From NCBI RefSeq assembly GCF_045037415.1, contig NZ_CP173438.1: DNA of 64,000 bases; one strand, given 5' to 3'. The DNA is from Escherichia coli (GTDB lineage Bacteria > Pseudomonadota > Gammaproteobacteria > Enterobacterales > Enterobacteriaceae). The notes beneath the pieces were generated by a model, which was not told where the DNA came from, searched no databases, and worked only from the letters and a program-made list of their open reading frames with translations. The position numbers and the translations under genes were made by a program. Position 1 is the stretch's first letter. Every line of letters starts with the position of its first letter. Positions 24,482-39,406 of this stretch are shown here, one piece after another.

Positions 24482-25597
24482 TCAGGCCGCCACTTCGGTG
24501 CGGTTACGTCCGGCTTTCTTTGCTTTGTAGAGCGCCAAATCTGCCGATTTCAACCACTCGCGATAGTGACTCATTTGTGGATTCAGCGGCGCAACCCCCA
24601 CACTAATCCGTAAAGTTACCTGTGGCGTATTCGGCAAGCGTAACGTGTTTAGCCCTTCATGCACCCGTAACATGGCGGTGATGGCGCTCTCAGCTGGCGT
24701 ACCGGACATGATTACTGCAAACTCATCGCCGCCAAACCGACCAATCACATCGCTACCGCGCAGGGTAATTTGTAACTGTCGGGTAAGCGCCACAATCGCT
24801 TCATCACCCACATCATGGCCCCAGGTATCGTTGATGCTCTTGAAATGGTCGATATCGATAATCAGTAACGTTGCATCGCGATTATGCCGCCGACAGTTAT
24901 CAAATTCATTGCGTAACATAGTTTCCCAATGACGTCTGTTATACACGCCCGTCATACCGTCGCGGGTACTCATGACCTGCAACCTGCGTTTATGTTCCGC
25001 CAGTTTAGTCGCCGTCTGGTAGCTGACCCAGCCAAACAGCAGAGGATAAATGACAATAATGGGAAGGGAGAGCCACCATTCCAGCGGTGCGCTATTGAAC
25101 GACACGGTGATGCCCGTCAGTTCGAGGGTGACAAGGCAGGAAACCACCATCAACACCAGACCCGCAACAAACAGACGGGGGCCGCCTGCCCCCATCAAAT
25201 TCAGACACATAATCATCAACATCGCGGTGGAAGGCAGCACGTTTACGCCCATTACGCCTACCCACATTCCCGCTAATACTGCATCGGTTTTTAAGTTGTA
25301 AATTTCCCGGCTAAGCGGATCGACGGCCCTGCTCGCTATCTGCCAGGCTAAATGCGGCCAGACGAACGCCCAGCCGACCAACACCAGCCACCACCAGCCC
25401 GGCGGCGGGTGCGAAACCAGCGTTGAAGCAATCGGTAAGAACATGCCAGCCAGACCAACCGCGCGGGGTAGTCTGACGCGACGGGCGAAGCGCAGCCCGG
25501 ACCGCTGATGTTCGTTTTGAGGAGTTAAAGGAGGTTCCTCCCCATGCGCCGCCGCTTTTTTGAAAAAGTTTTCATCATTCATTATTTTTGGGAACAT
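24482..25597 (-). CDS. dgcC: Diguanylate cyclase DgcC (AdrA/YaiC) with MASE2 membrane domain and GGDEF domain, 371 aa
   Basis: ORF translation with hydrophobic N-terminal half and C-terminal ...RDGMTGVYNRRHWE...DIDHFKSINDTWGHDVGD...RFGGDEFAVIM... (GGDEF active site). Confidence 0.95.
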   Translation of the reverse strand: MFPKIMNDENFFKKAAAHGEEPPLTPQNEHQRSGLRFARRVRLPRAVGLAGMFLPIASTLVSHPPPGWWWLVLVGWAFVWPHLAWQIASRAVDPLSREIYNLKTDAVLAGMWVGVMGVNVLPSTAMLMIMCLNLMGAGGPRLFVAGLVLMVVSCLVTLELTGITVSFNSAPLEWWLSLPIIVIYPLLFGWVSYQTATKLAEHKRRLQVMSTRDGMTGVYNRRHWETMLRNEFDNCRRHNRDATLLIIDIDHFKSINDTWGHDVGDEAIVALTRQLQITLRGSDVIGRFGGDEFAVIMSGTPAESAITAMLRVHEGLNTLRLPNTPQVTLRISVGVAPLNPQMSHYREWLKSADLALYKAKKAGRNRTEVAA

Positions 25598-25655
25598 TCA
25601 GAAACAATTTTCCCAAATTATAGAGACGGGACTAAAGGCAGAAGTATGAAATTTC

Positions 25656-25681
25656 GGGTGAGCCATTTTCGTAGCTCACCC
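25656..25681 (-). terminator. Putative terminator hairpin downstream of psiF
   Basis: Inverted repeat GGGTGAGC-N10-GCTCACCC, 18 bp past the psiF stop; the flanking T-run is weak. Confidence 0.4.
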
Positions 25682-25698
25682 GTTAGCACTATCAGGTA

Positions 25699-26019
25699 TC
25701 AGGCGGCTTTCTTGAGGCAGGCACTCATAAACTTATTACGATCATCCCCTTTCAGAGATTGTTGTGTTGCTTGATTATTACATTCGCGCATCTTTTGCTG
25801 CTGTGGCGTCAAACTTTTTTCACCAGGCGCAGATTTGCTGTTCTTCAGGCAATCACTCATGTAGGTCTTACGAGCATCCCCTTTCAACGCCTGCGCCGTC
25901 GCCTGCTGATTACAAGAGGTCATACGCTGTTGTTGTGGGGTTAAGGTTCTCTCGGCAGCGCCGACGGTGGTTAAAAAAACCAGACCGAAAAGCAAGGTAA
26001 CCAGTAATGTAATTTTCAT
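25699..26019 (-). CDS. psiF: Phosphate starvation-inducible protein PsiF, 106 aa
   Basis: ORF 25699..26037; internal Met gives MKITLLVTLLFGLVFLTTVGAAERTLTPQQQRMTSCNQQATAQALKGDARKTYMSDCLK...; directly downstream of phoA. Confidence 0.9.
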   Translation of the reverse strand: MKITLLVTLLFGLVFLTTVGAAERTLTPQQQRMTSCNQQATAQALKGDARKTYMSDCLKNSKSAPGEKSLTPQQQKMRECNNQATQQSLKGDDRNKFMSACLKKAA

Positions 26020-26093
26020 CGCACCATCCCTCTTCATGTTTTAACCATGAGCGTATGCGCCCGTGATCTGTCATTAAGTCTGGTTGCTAACAG

Positions 26094-26130
26094 CAAAAAA
26101 ACCACCCGGCAGCGAAAATTCACTGCCGGG
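26094..26130 (-). terminator. Rho-independent terminator downstream of phoA
   Basis: Minus-strand hairpin CCCGGCAGTG-AATTTTCG-CTGCCGGG followed by TGGTTTTTTT, 8 bp after the phoA stop. Confidence 0.65.
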
Positions 26131-26137
26131 CGCGGTT

Positions 26138-27553
26138 TTATTTCAGCCCCAGGGCGGCTTTCATGGTGTAGAAGAGATCGGTCTGGTCGGTCAGTCCAAC
26201 AACATTGGCGGCATGCGGGCCATACGCCGCAATACGCAACTGACTGCCGGTATGTTCTTGTGAATCCTCTTCGGAGTTCCCGTAACTCATCACCATCACT
26301 GCGCCATCTTTGGTATTTAGCGCCTGGGTGAGGCCCGGAGCTTTGGTATCTGGCGCAACTATCTGGCTGGCATGGGCGTGATCAGCGGTGACTATGACCA
26401 ACGTGTTACCATCCTTTTTAGCGAATTCCAGCGCCCGTTGTACGGCTTCATCGAGATCGACCGTCTCGCCAATTTGCCCACAAGGATTCGCAGCGTGATC
26501 CTGTTTATCGATTGACGCACCTTCAACTTGCAGGAAAAAGCCTTTCTCATTTTTACTCAACAATTCAATGGCTTTGTCGGTCATCTGCGCCAGGGTCGGT
26601 ACACTGTCATTACGTTGCGGATTAGGCGTACAGGTGACTGCGGGCTTATCTATATTACCGTGGTACGTTGCTTTCGGTCCTTGCCAGCGCACTGGCATAT
26701 TGCCGTCAGCAAACAGTCCTAATAGGGGTTTTTGCTGATTCGCTTCCGTCACCGAATTCAGTGAGGCAGCATCGCTCACCAACTGATAACCACGCGCCTG
26801 TGCCTGTTCACGCAGCGTTTTTCCCTGCCATTCACCGGCGGTTGCCGTTTCAGCAAAGGTTTTTGCACCGCCGCCAAGCGTAACATCGGCACGGGCGTTA
26901 AGCAGCTGTTCGGTAATCGATCCTTTTCCGCCTTTTTCCAGAGCGTTACCCGGACATTTTTCACTGGTCGCACTTGGACCGTAGCATTTGCGCGAGGTCA
27001 CATGCGCCACCAGCGCAGCGGGCGTGGCATCCTGCAACTCTGCGGTAGAAACGTTACCGGTCGCCAGACCTGCGGCTTTTGCCATTTCCAGAATCGTTGG
27101 GTGATCTTTTTCGTGAATATCGACGCCCAGCGCGCCGTTATAGGTTTTGACACCAGTTGACCAGGCGGTTGCTGATGCAGCCGAGTCGGTGACGTAGTCC
27201 GGTTTGCCGGTTTTTTTATTCAGCGCATAGTGAGTGTATTGCCCGGTAAGCGGTAAGGCATCGATACCTTTAAAAAAGCCGCCCGCACCTTCGGCATAAT
27301 TGCGTGCGGCAGTAATTTCCGAGTCCCCCATCCCATCGCCAATCAGCAAAATAATATTTTTTGCAGGTTTATCGCTAAGAGAATCACGCAGAGCAGCGGT
27401 CTGATCACCCGTTAAGCGGCGAGCACCGCCGGGTGCAGTAATATCGCCCTGAGCTGCCCGGTTTTCCAGAACAGGCATTTCTGGTGTCCGGGCTTTTGTC
27501 ACAGGGGTAAACAGTAACGGTAAGAGTGCCAGTGCAATAGTGCTTTGTTTCAC
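26138..27553 (-). CDS. phoA: Alkaline phosphatase, 471-aa precursor with signal peptide
   Basis: ORF 26138..27622; reading from the GTG at 27553 gives [43 protein letters not shown]... with active-site region DSAASATAW. Confidence 0.97.
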   Translation of the reverse strand: MKQSTIALALLPLLFTPVTKARTPEMPVLENRAAQGDITAPGGARRLTGDQTAALRDSLSDKPAKNIILLIGDGMGDSEITAARNYAEGAGGFFKGIDALPLTGQYTHYALNKKTGKPDYVTDSAASATAWSTGVKTYNGALGVDIHEKDHPTILEMAKAAGLATGNVSTAELQDATPAALVAHVTSRKCYGPSATSEKCPGNALEKGGKGSITEQLLNARADVTLGGGAKTFAETATAGEWQGKTLREQAQARGYQLVSDAASLNSVTEANQQKPLLGLFADGNMPVRWQGPKATYHGNIDKPAVTCTPNPQRNDSVPTLAQMTDKAIELLSKNEKGFFLQVEGASIDKQDHAANPCGQIGETVDLDEAVQRALEFAKKDGNTLVIVTADHAHASQIVAPDTKAPGLTQALNTKDGAVMVMSYGNSEEDSQEHTGSQLRIAAYGPHAANVVGLTDQTDLFYTMKAALGLK

Positions 27554-27613
27554 TTTATTTTCTCCATGTACAAATACATTAAAAAATAAAAACAAAGCGA
27601 CTATAAGTCTCGG

Positions 27614-27633
27614 CCGTGACAACTTTATGACAG
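27614..27633 (-). promoter_or_regulatory. Pho box of the phoA promoter
   Basis: Minus-strand CTGTCATAAAGTTGTCACGG, the classic phoA Pho box, 60-80 bp upstream of the phoA GTG. Confidence 0.85.
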
Positions 27634-27653
27634 CTGTTGAAAAGATTAACTTT

Positions 27654-27914
27654 TTACTGACGAGGATGCCTCAATAACTTCTTTACGTAATCGCGCAGCA
27701 GCTCCGTATCGTCGTCAGGAATGCTGGCATCGGGCTTTACCTCGTACAGCGCCCCCTCTACCTGATCAATCAACCGCTGTTGATCATTTTGCGCCATATT
27801 GCGAAGCATTGCCGTGACGATAATCTCCAAAGCTTCTACCTGCGCACACAGTTCTTTCGACTCTTCTTCTTTTTGGGCAAGCTTAAATAACAACTCAGCA
27901 ATGAGATTTTTCAT
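27654..27914 (-). CDS. iraP: Anti-adapter protein IraP (YaiB), 86 aa
   Basis: ORF translation [86 protein letters not shown]. Confidence 0.93.
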
Positions 27915-28376
27915 GTCTGTATTTCCTTATCCAAAGTATGGAGAAGTTAACATTATGTTTCACAACTTCATAGTGTCTGGAAGTATTATTTTTATGACAA
28001 AGGAAATACTTTGCGCAAATATTTTTTGTTTGATTACCAGCGAAACGTTTCTCTTATTTAAATAATTACCCACATAAAATATAGGTCTTTAATTATCAAC
28101 CTTTATTATAAATAAAAGTTATGAAATATATTCTCTTCGTTATCTTATAATTAAGAGAAAAAAACTCACCACATGGTCATTTAAGCCAGGAATAAATTAG
28201 CTTCCCGTTCATCATTTTTGTGATCTTGCACACATCTTTGAGATAACGCACTTTCTTCACCAGTACGTTGCTCGCTTTGTCAGCAGAAGATTGCAACATT
28301 CTGTCAGAAGGCCGCGAATCCCCCGTTTTGTCGTGGTAATGTATGCACTTTGTGTTAGACGGGATAGGTTTTTAAG

Positions 28377-29471
28377 ATGGAAAAACTGCGGGTAGGAATC
28401 GTTTTTGGTGGTAAATCAGCGGAACATGAAGTGTCTCTGCAATCGGCAAAAAACATTGTCGATGCCATTGATAAAAGTCGCTTCGATGTTGTGCTGCTGG
28501 GCATTGATAAACAAGGGCAATGGCACGTCAGCGATGCCAGCAATTATCTGCTAAATGCAGACGATCCTGCCCATATTGCGTTGCGTCCTTCGGCGACCAG
28601 CCTTGCGCAGGTGCCAGGTAAACATGAGCATCAGCTTATCGACGCACAAAACGGTCAGCCGTTGCCGACGGTGGATGTCATTTTCCCGATTGTCCACGGT
28701 ACGCTGGGCGAAGATGGTTCCTTGCAGGGAATGCTGCGGGTCGCCAATTTACCGTTTGTAGGTTCTGATGTTCTGGCTTCAGCGGCCTGTATGGATAAAG
28801 ATGTCACCAAACGTCTGCTGCGCGATGCCGGGCTGAACATTGCGCCATTTATTACCCTGACGCGCGCTAATCGTCACAACATCAGTTTTGCCGAAGTGGA
28901 GTCTAAACTGGGGTTACCGCTGTTTGTAAAACCGGCTAATCAGGGCTCTTCTGTTGGTGTCAGCAAAGTAACCAGTGAAGAACAGTACACAATTGCCGTC
29001 GATCTGGCGTTCGAGTTCGATCATAAAGTGATCGTTGAGCAAGGGATCAAAGGTCGTGAAATCGAATGCGCAGTTCTTGGCAACAATAACCCGCAAGCAA
29101 GCACCTGTGGCGAGATCGTACTCACCAGCGATTTCTATGCCTACGACACCAAGTACATTGACGAAGATGGCGCGAAAGTGGTAGTTCCGGCAGCCATTGC
29201 GCCAGAAATCAACGATAAGATCCGGGCGATTGCCGTTCAGGCTTATCAGACGTTGGGATGCGCAGGCATGGCGCGTGTAGACGTGTTTTTAACCCCAGAG
29301 AACGAAGTGGTGATCAACGAGATCAACACCCTGCCTGGCTTCACCAACATCAGTATGTATCCGAAGCTGTGGCAAGCCAGCGGTCTGGGTTACACCGACC
29401 TGATCACGCGTTTGATTGAGCTGGCGCTGGAGCGTCACGCTGCGGATAACGCACTGAAAACCACAATGTAA
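28377..29471 (+). CDS. ddlA: D-alanine--D-alanine ligase A, 364 aa
   Basis: ORF translation [50 protein letters not shown]... (ATP-grasp). Confidence 0.96.
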   Translation: MEKLRVGIVFGGKSAEHEVSLQSAKNIVDAIDKSRFDVVLLGIDKQGQWHVSDASNYLLNADDPAHIALRPSATSLAQVPGKHEHQLIDAQNGQPLPTVDVIFPIVHGTLGEDGSLQGMLRVANLPFVGSDVLASAACMDKDVTKRLLRDAGLNIAPFITLTRANRHNISFAEVESKLGLPLFVKPANQGSSVGVSKVTSEEQYTIAVDLAFEFDHKVIVEQGIKGREIECAVLGNNNPQASTCGEIVLTSDFYAYDTKYIDEDGAKVVVPAAIAPEINDKIRAIAVQAYQTLGCAGMARVDVFLTPENEVVINEINTLPGFTNISMYPKLWQASGLGYTDLITRLIELALERHAADNALKTTM

Positions 29472-29476
29472 TATTC

Positions 29477-29515
29477 AAACGCCCGGTAATATTCTTATTG
29501 GGCGTTTTCAGTTTC
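29477..29515 (+). terminator. Putative rho-independent terminator of ddlA (overlaps the 3' end of convergent yaiZ)
   Basis: Hairpin AAACGCCC-N15-GGGCGTTTT followed by a T-rich tail, 6 bp after the ddlA stop. Confidence 0.5.
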
Positions 29516-29707
29516 TTCATCGCGACGACGAATAATCAATCCCGCCAGCCAGAAACTAATCACCCACGTCACCAGACCGACGGCATAGGTCTGCCAACCT
29601 TTTGCTTCAAATCCCAGTAACCCCACCACGCCATTAAGAATGAATATAAGGCCAATGGCGAACGCATAGTAGTGCCAGTCACGGCGGATTTTTACAGGCA
29701 GATTCAT
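29495..29707 (-). CDS. yaiZ: Small membrane protein YaiZ, 70 aa
   Basis: ORF 29495..29839; internal Met gives MNLPVKIRRDWHYYAFAIGLIFILNGVVGLLGFEAKGWQTYAVGLVTWVISFWLAGLIIRRRDEETENAQ (two TM helices). Confidence 0.8.
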   Translation of the reverse strand: MNLPVKIRRDWHYYAFAIGLIFILNGVVGLLGFEAKGWQTYAVGLVTWVISFWLAGLIIRRRDEETENAQ

Positions 29708-29966
29708 GGCAGCTCCGTTAACGAAAAACAACATCTTTTCATATTCTGTAACAACTGTCTGTGGTGTAGACAACACTTTCGCAATTGTTAATAAATTTAA
29801 CTTAAGGTTGCTATTTTGTGACTCGCAACGAAGATTCACGCTTCGGGAATATTCCCAACATCAATTTACCATGATTCTGATATTGACAATCTAAATGACC
29901 TGTCAGACTTGCCATAAGCCGCTGGTATCACACCAGAAGAGAAGCAGATGACTTCCGGAGGTTTTT

Positions 29967-30275
29967 ATGGCTGATTTCACCCTGTCAAAATCGCTGTTTA
30001 GCGGAAAATATCGCAATGCCTCTTCAACGCCTGGCAATATTGCCTATGCGTTGTTTGTGCTGTTTTGCTTTTGGGCTGGGGCACAATTGCTGAACCTGCT
30101 AGTGCATGCGCCCGGCGTCTATGAGCGTTTAATGCAGGTCCAGGAAACAGGTCGCCCACGGGTGGAAATTGGTTTAGGTGTCGGCACCATTTTTGGGCTG
30201 ATCCCGTTTTTAGTAGGCTGCCTCATTTTTGCAGTAGTGGCGCTATGGCTGCACTGGCGACATCGCCGCCAGTAA
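29967..30275 (+). CDS. yaiY: Inner membrane protein YaiY, 102 aa
   Basis: ORF translation [59 protein letters not shown]... Confidence 0.9.
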
Positions 30276-30283
30276 GATTTACG

Positions 30284-30317
30284 TTGCCAGATGCGGCCTA
30301 AAACGCCTTATCTGGCG
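30284..30317. repeat. REP-like palindrome / bidirectional terminator between convergent yaiY and yaiW
   Basis: TTGCCAGATGCGGCCTAAAACGCCTTATCTGGCG: inverted repeat GCCAGAT...ATCTGGC with REP-like core. Confidence 0.5.
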
Positions 30318-30333
30318 TGACATTCCTGTTTGA

Positions 30334-31428
30334 TCACTGTTTCATACAACGCGCCCGCCGTTCGTCTACGCGCTTCGCAAACCAGGCCGTAGTCAGATTG
30401 CGGGTGATTTTCGGGCTTTCCAGTTGAATGCCAGGCAACATTTCGCGGGGTAGTGATTTACCGGTTTTCGCTTCGGCAAGTTGATAAACTTTCTTGTACA
30501 GCGCCGTCTCCTCAAAAGAGAAGCTGTCCCCTTTCTCTAACTGACGGCGAATTTCGCTGTCACTCATCCCCAGTTTTCCCGCCAGTTTGCGCGTTGCCAG
30601 TTCGGTTTTCCCGGGCTCTTTACTGTCGTAACGAATTAAATCACCGTCCAGTGCCAGCTTCACGCCGCTGGCCTTACTGACCGCGTTCTGAAACGCGGCA
30701 TTACGGCTGGCGTACCAGCCAGCGTTAAAATCAGCAAAACGGTATATCGGCGCGCTATAGCTGGCGGGATAATTCAGTAAATGGTAAGTACCAAACCACA
30801 ACCCGCCGCGGCGACTGAAGACTTCCTGACGGACTGTACCGTCCATTTTCCACGGATACCCTTTGGTATGCTGTTCGGCAAAAGCAATACTGACCTGCAT
30901 CGGCCCACCGGTGCGCACCGGATTGAGCGAACCAAACAGCGTCTGCCCCATTGGCACCATGCTGATCAGATCGTCAAAAATCGCGCTCAATTGCTTTTCT
31001 GTACGCACCGAATCTAACCGTTCGCTATAGCTTTTGCCGTTTGGCGATTTGATTTTTAGCGCGGTATGCACCAGAAAAGCAGGAATGTGCATCCGTTCAG
31101 CACGACGGTCAATCTCTTGCCAGGCGATCTTGCTTAAGCCCGGAACGGCCGGATCTGCCTGATAATTTGACTCCTGCTGCGCCACCGCCAGCACCGAGCA
31201 GACGTTTTCCAGCGTCGGTGCCAGCCCCTGACTTTCAAAGGTGGTGGCGAGATCTTTCGCCCAGGCATCGCGGTCTTTCACGCTCGCAGGCATCTTCTGC
31301 CGCACGACGCTCGCCACATCTATCGCTTTTTCGCCCTTTTTCAACGGTTGCGGAGCCTGACTACTACACCCCGCTAAAACCAGAACCGCCAACAATGACA
31401 GCGAAGATAGAGGATTGACGCGCGACAT
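30334..31428 (-). CDS. yaiW: Lipoprotein YaiW (DUF1615), 364 aa
   Basis: ORF translation MSRVNPLSSLSLLAVLVLAGCSSQAPQPLKKGEK... (lipobox LAGC); immediately downstream of sbmA. Confidence 0.93.
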   Translation of the reverse strand: MSRVNPLSSLSLLAVLVLAGCSSQAPQPLKKGEKAIDVASVVRQKMPASVKDRDAWAKDLATTFESQGLAPTLENVCSVLAVAQQESNYQADPAVPGLSKIAWQEIDRRAERMHIPAFLVHTALKIKSPNGKSYSERLDSVRTEKQLSAIFDDLISMVPMGQTLFGSLNPVRTGGPMQVSIAFAEQHTKGYPWKMDGTVRQEVFSRRGGLWFGTYHLLNYPASYSAPIYRFADFNAGWYASRNAAFQNAVSKASGVKLALDGDLIRYDSKEPGKTELATRKLAGKLGMSDSEIRRQLEKGDSFSFEETALYKKVYQLAEAKTGKSLPREMLPGIQLESPKITRNLTTAWFAKRVDERRARCMKQ

Positions 31429-31440
31429 TACTTCTCCTTT

Positions 31441-32661
31441 TTAGCTCAAGGTATGGGTTACTTCCTGAATTTTGTCACCATCCAGCTCATGTTCAAAGCT
31501 GCGCAGACGTTTGTAGATAGACATCAACTCAACCAGTGTGGTCCATGAGTTAATCAGGTACTGGAAAGCACCGCGAACCTGACCAAAAACGTTAGTAATC
31601 TGCGTCATCAGGCCGAGTGTAATCGTACCGGCAACAATTGACGGAAACAGCAAGAACAAACCGAAAACGTTATCGACCTGCAAATAGAGAATGCGGGCGA
31701 TATTGAAATACATATAGTGAAAATAGAGGCGGAAATAGTTTTTCCGTACGGCGCTAAAAAGCTCGCGTACCGTAGGCGGCGTCACGCGCGTGGCATCGTC
31801 TTCACCATAAACCAGTTCTTTACGGTAGGCAGCCTCTACACGCTGGTTTTTAAACTCCAGCCCCGGCAGTTTGATCCCTACCACTGCCAGTAATCCGGTC
31901 CCCATCAGCGACCAGACGATAGCGGCAATCACCAGACCATACGGAATGTGCCCGACAATCGGCAGCTCCGGCACATGTGCGGAGAGCGTTACCAGCACCG
32001 GCAGGAAGGCGATCAACGTCATGATAGCGTTGATAAAGCTGACGCCCATATTCTCCAGCGTTGAAGCAAAACGCATGGTGTCTTCCTGCACACGCTGCGC
32101 GGCCCCTTCGATATGACGCAGTTGTTGCCAGTTCGCCATGTAATATTCGTTCATCGCCGTACGCCAGCGGAACACGTAGTGACTGACAAAGAAGTTGTTC
32201 AGCACACTGATCACCACCGCGATCAGCGCAATCCCCAGAAAGACGCCCACTTCGCGGTAAAATTGTTCGATGGTGACTTTATGCGGCGAACTTAGCGCCG
32301 TTTGAATCAGATCATAGAACGGCGCATACCAGGCGTTGACGGCAACCCCGACTTCCACCAAAAACCAGGTGACGAAGATAATCAGCGCAGTACCGAGTAT
32401 TGACCAGTATTGCCAACGGTGCGGGCTATAGATAAACCAGAACAATGCAAAAAGTCCTACGCAAACAATGTAGTAAGCGTAAAAAATCAGGAAATCCAAC
32501 GACCAGAAACGCGCGGCGCTAATCGGGATCTGCCCGGAAGCGCCGGTGATACGCGCCACCCAATCACCCCCACCGACTTGCCAGAAGATAACGGCAATCA
32601 ATGCCCAAACAAAGGCCGAGAGAAAAAACATTCCCGGCTTTGGGAAAAAAGACTTAAACAT
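31441..32661 (-). CDS. sbmA: Peptide antibiotic transporter SbmA, 406 aa
   Basis: ORF 31441..32667 ([30 protein letters not shown]...); start chosen at the Met of MFKSFF. Confidence 0.95.
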   Translation of the reverse strand: MFKSFFPKPGMFFLSAFVWALIAVIFWQVGGGDWVARITGASGQIPISAARFWSLDFLIFYAYYIVCVGLFALFWFIYSPHRWQYWSILGTALIIFVTWFLVEVGVAVNAWYAPFYDLIQTALSSPHKVTIEQFYREVGVFLGIALIAVVISVLNNFFVSHYVFRWRTAMNEYYMANWQQLRHIEGAAQRVQEDTMRFASTLENMGVSFINAIMTLIAFLPVLVTLSAHVPELPIVGHIPYGLVIAAIVWSLMGTGLLAVVGIKLPGLEFKNQRVEAAYRKELVYGEDDATRVTPPTVRELFSAVRKNYFRLYFHYMYFNIARILYLQVDNVFGLFLLFPSIVAGTITLGLMTQITNVFGQVRGAFQYLINSWTTLVELMSIYKRLRSFEHELDGDKIQEVTHTLS

Positions 32662-33012
32662 ATGCACTCCTGCTAACTTCTTATCGTTTTAACAACTGCT
32701 GTGTATTAACCGCATGACCGCTACAAAGCGTCAGCCAAATGAAACCGCCCATTGTGACCCATAGCAAGGCGCTTAGTTCGCCAGCCTGACCATAAGAATT
32801 GTTTCGACGGGTTTCACAAACCAAAGATTGTTTACATAAGCGGATTAACACGCGCAGGATCACAAATGCAGGCATTGGTGAGCAGGAAAAAGATCGTGTT
32901 TACGCGCCGTTACGTTTTTAACACTATTATTGCACTAATTCGCCCTTTGCAATCCATCAATGAGTAGTATAAATACGCTCAGTTACCTTCATTCAATCTA
33001 TGGACACCACCG

Positions 33013-34170
33013 TTGAAACGTAGTCTGCTTTTTTCTGCCGTGCTGTATTCGGCGTCATTGACCTCCGTCCATGCGGCTCAGCCGATCACTGAACCGGAGT
33101 TTGCCTCTGATATTGTCGATCGTTATGCCGATCATATTTTTTACGGCAGCGGTGCCACGGGGATGGCGCTGGTTGTTATCGACGGTAACCAGCGCGTCTT
33201 TCGCAGTTATGGCGAAACGCGACCTGGTAATAACGTTCGCCCGCAGCTGGATTCCGTCATACGTATTGCTTCCCTCACCAAGTTAATGACCAGTGAGATG
33301 CTGGTAAAATTGCTCGACCAGGGGACCGTGAAGTTAAACGATCCGCTAAGTAAATATGCTCCGCCAGGCGCACGCGTACCGACCTACAATGGGACGCCCA
33401 TTACGCTGGTGAATCTGGCAACCCATACCAGCGCCCTGCCCCGTGAACAGCCCGGTGGCGCGGCACATCGTCCGGTATTTGTCTGGCCAACGCGCGAGCA
33501 ACGCTGGAAATACCTTTCCACTGCCAAACTAAAAGCCGCGCCGGGCAGCCAGGCCGCGTACTCCAACCTCGCATTCGATCTGCTGGCAGATGCACTGGCG
33601 AATGCGTCCGGCAAGCCTTATACCCAGTTGTTTGAAGAGCAGATTACCCGTCCGTTGGGGATGAAAGACACCACCTACACCCCCTCACCGGATCAGTGCC
33701 GCCGTTTAATGGTTGCTGAGCGCGGTGCCAGTCCGTGCAATAACACGCTGGCGGCAATTGGCAGCGGCGGCGTCTATTCCACGCCAGGCGATATGATGCG
33801 CTGGATGCAGCAGTATTTGTCATCTGATTTTTATCAACGCAGTAACCAGGCTGATCGCATGCAGACGTTGATTTATCAGCGCGCGCAGTTTACAAAAGTG
33901 ATTGGCATGGATGTCCCCGGCAAAGCGGATGCGCTTGGTTTAGGCTGGGTATATATGGCCCCGAAAGAGGGTCGTCCGGGGATTATTCAGAAGACAGGTG
34001 GTGGTGGCGGTTTCATTACCTATATGGCGATGATCCCGCAGAAGAATATTGGTGCGTTTGTGGTGGTCACTCGTTCGCCGTTGACGCGCTTTAAAAATAT
34101 GAGCGATGGCATCAATGACCTGGTGACCGAGCTAAGCGGGAATAAACCGTTGGTTATCCCCGCATCCTGA
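33013..34170 (+). CDS. ampH: Penicillin-binding protein AmpH (class C beta-lactamase fold), 385 aa
   Basis: ORF translation MKRSLLFSAVLYSASLTSVHAAQPITEPEF... with SxxK motif (IASLTKLM) and signal peptide. Confidence 0.95.
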   Translation: MKRSLLFSAVLYSASLTSVHAAQPITEPEFASDIVDRYADHIFYGSGATGMALVVIDGNQRVFRSYGETRPGNNVRPQLDSVIRIASLTKLMTSEMLVKLLDQGTVKLNDPLSKYAPPGARVPTYNGTPITLVNLATHTSALPREQPGGAAHRPVFVWPTREQRWKYLSTAKLKAAPGSQAAYSNLAFDLLADALANASGKPYTQLFEEQITRPLGMKDTTYTPSPDQCRRLMVAERGASPCNNTLAAIGSGGVYSTPGDMMRWMQQYLSSDFYQRSNQADRMQTLIYQRAQFTKVIGMDVPGKADALGLGWVYMAPKEGRPGIIQKTGGGGGFITYMAMIPQKNIGAFVVVTRSPLTRFKNMSDGINDLVTELSGNKPLVIPAS

Positions 34171-34857
<687 letters not shown>

Positions 34858-34858
34858 T

Positions 34859-37867
<3,009 letters not shown>

Positions 37868-38392
37868 TTGTCATCCCTCCTCAGGGACGTAATAAGTTGA
37901 TCCATCAATTATCAATGCATAGAAAACATATTATGTTTCGCGTTTACGATTATGCGGCGTTATAGAGGAATGGTTCAATTATTCTTTCCCCTAAGTCCGA
38001 TTGCGGACATATATAAAGCACGTGAACACACACACAGAAATAAATAACAAAAACACAATATTTCAATACGTTAATGAAAGCGTTAATTTTAAAACATAGA
38101 CCATAAAAATATAAAACAGCTAAAACAGACAAATAATGTATCAATAAGCAATGAACTTTAAGTTATTCACTTTTTGAAAACGTCACCAAATCCCCAAAAA
38201 CAATAATCTATGGCTATAAATAAAAATTAAAAATATTTTCAGTGAATATGAAATTATTGCTATTTCTATTACAAAGATGTCCTGACCTCTTTTTCATTCT
38301 CTTCTTGTCAACATCGCGACAACTTTCGTAAAACACACCCAGCCTGCTTCAGGTATACTATGCCCCTCGATTCCACAAACATCAGGCAGACC

Positions 38393-39367
38393 ATGACAGA
38401 CTTAATCCAACGCCCTCGTCGCCTGCGCAAATCTCCTGCGCTGCGCGCTATGTTTGAAGAGACAACACTTAGCCTTAACGACCTGGTGTTGCCGATCTTT
38501 GTTGAAGAAGAAATTGACGACTATAAAGCCGTTGAAGCCATGCCAGGCGTGATGCGCATTCCAGAGAAACATCTGGCACGCGAAATTGAACGCATCGCCA
38601 ACGCCGGTATTCGTTCCGTGATGACTTTCGGCATCTCTCACCATACCGATGAAACCGGCAGCGATGCCTGGCGGGAAGATGGACTGGTGGCGCGTATGTC
38701 GCGCATCTGCAAGCAGACCGTGCCAGAAATGATCGTTATGTCAGACACCTGCTTCTGTGAATACACATCTCACGGTCACTGCGGTGTTCTGTGCGAGCAT
38801 GGCGTCGACAACGACGCGACTCTGGAAAATTTAGGCAAGCAAGCCGTGGTTGCAGCTGCTGCAGGCGCAGACTTCATCGCCCCTTCTGCCGCGATGGATG
38901 GTCAGGTACAGGCGATTCGCCAGGCGCTGGACGCTGCGGGCTTTAAAGATACGGCGATTATGTCGTATTCGACCAAGTTCGCCTCCTCCTTTTATGGCCC
39001 GTTCCGTGAAGCTGCCGGAAGCGCATTAAAAGGCGACCGCAAAAGCTATCAGATGAACCCAATGAACCGTCGTGAGGCGATTCGTGAGTCACTGCTGGAT
39101 GAAGCCCAGGGCGCAGACTGCCTGATGGTTAAACCTGCCGGAGCATACCTCGACATCGTGCGTGAGCTGCGTGAACGTACTGAATTGCCGATTGGCGCGT
39201 ATCAGGTGAGCGGTGAGTACGCGATGATTAAGTTCGCCGCGCTGGCGGGTGCTATAGATGAAGAGAAAGTCGTGCTCGAAAGCTTAGGTTCGATTAAGCG
39301 TGCGGGTGCGGATCTGATTTTCAGCTACTTTGCGCTGGATTTGGCTGAGAAGAAGATTCTGCGTTAA
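38393..39367 (+). CDS. hemB: Delta-aminolevulinic acid dehydratase (porphobilinogen synthase), 324 aa
   Basis: ORF 38360..39367; internal Met gives [55 protein letters not shown]... Confidence 0.96.
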
Positions 39368-39406
39368 TGATCATTATGCCGGGTTATCCAACCCGGCATT
39401 TCCCCC

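Noticed and set aside
25699-26137. Possible Pho box upstream of psiF (CTGTCAT at about 26068)
   Set aside because: Only a single half-site on the wrong strand relative to psiF; psiF is more simply explained as co-transcribed with phoA by read-through of the phoA terminator.
27799-28065. 88-aa plus-strand ORF spanning the iraP 5' end and the iraP-ddlA intergenic region
   Set aside because: Overlaps iraP antisense and continues into an AT-rich promoter region; hydrophobic, low-complexity translation typical of a chance ORF in AT-rich DNA.
38026-38035. (AC)5 microsatellite as a possible phase-variation switch for yaiT
   Set aside because: Five dinucleotide units is too short for efficient slipped-strand mispairing and it lies over 150 bp upstream of the yaiT start; noted only as a feature of the AT-rich region.
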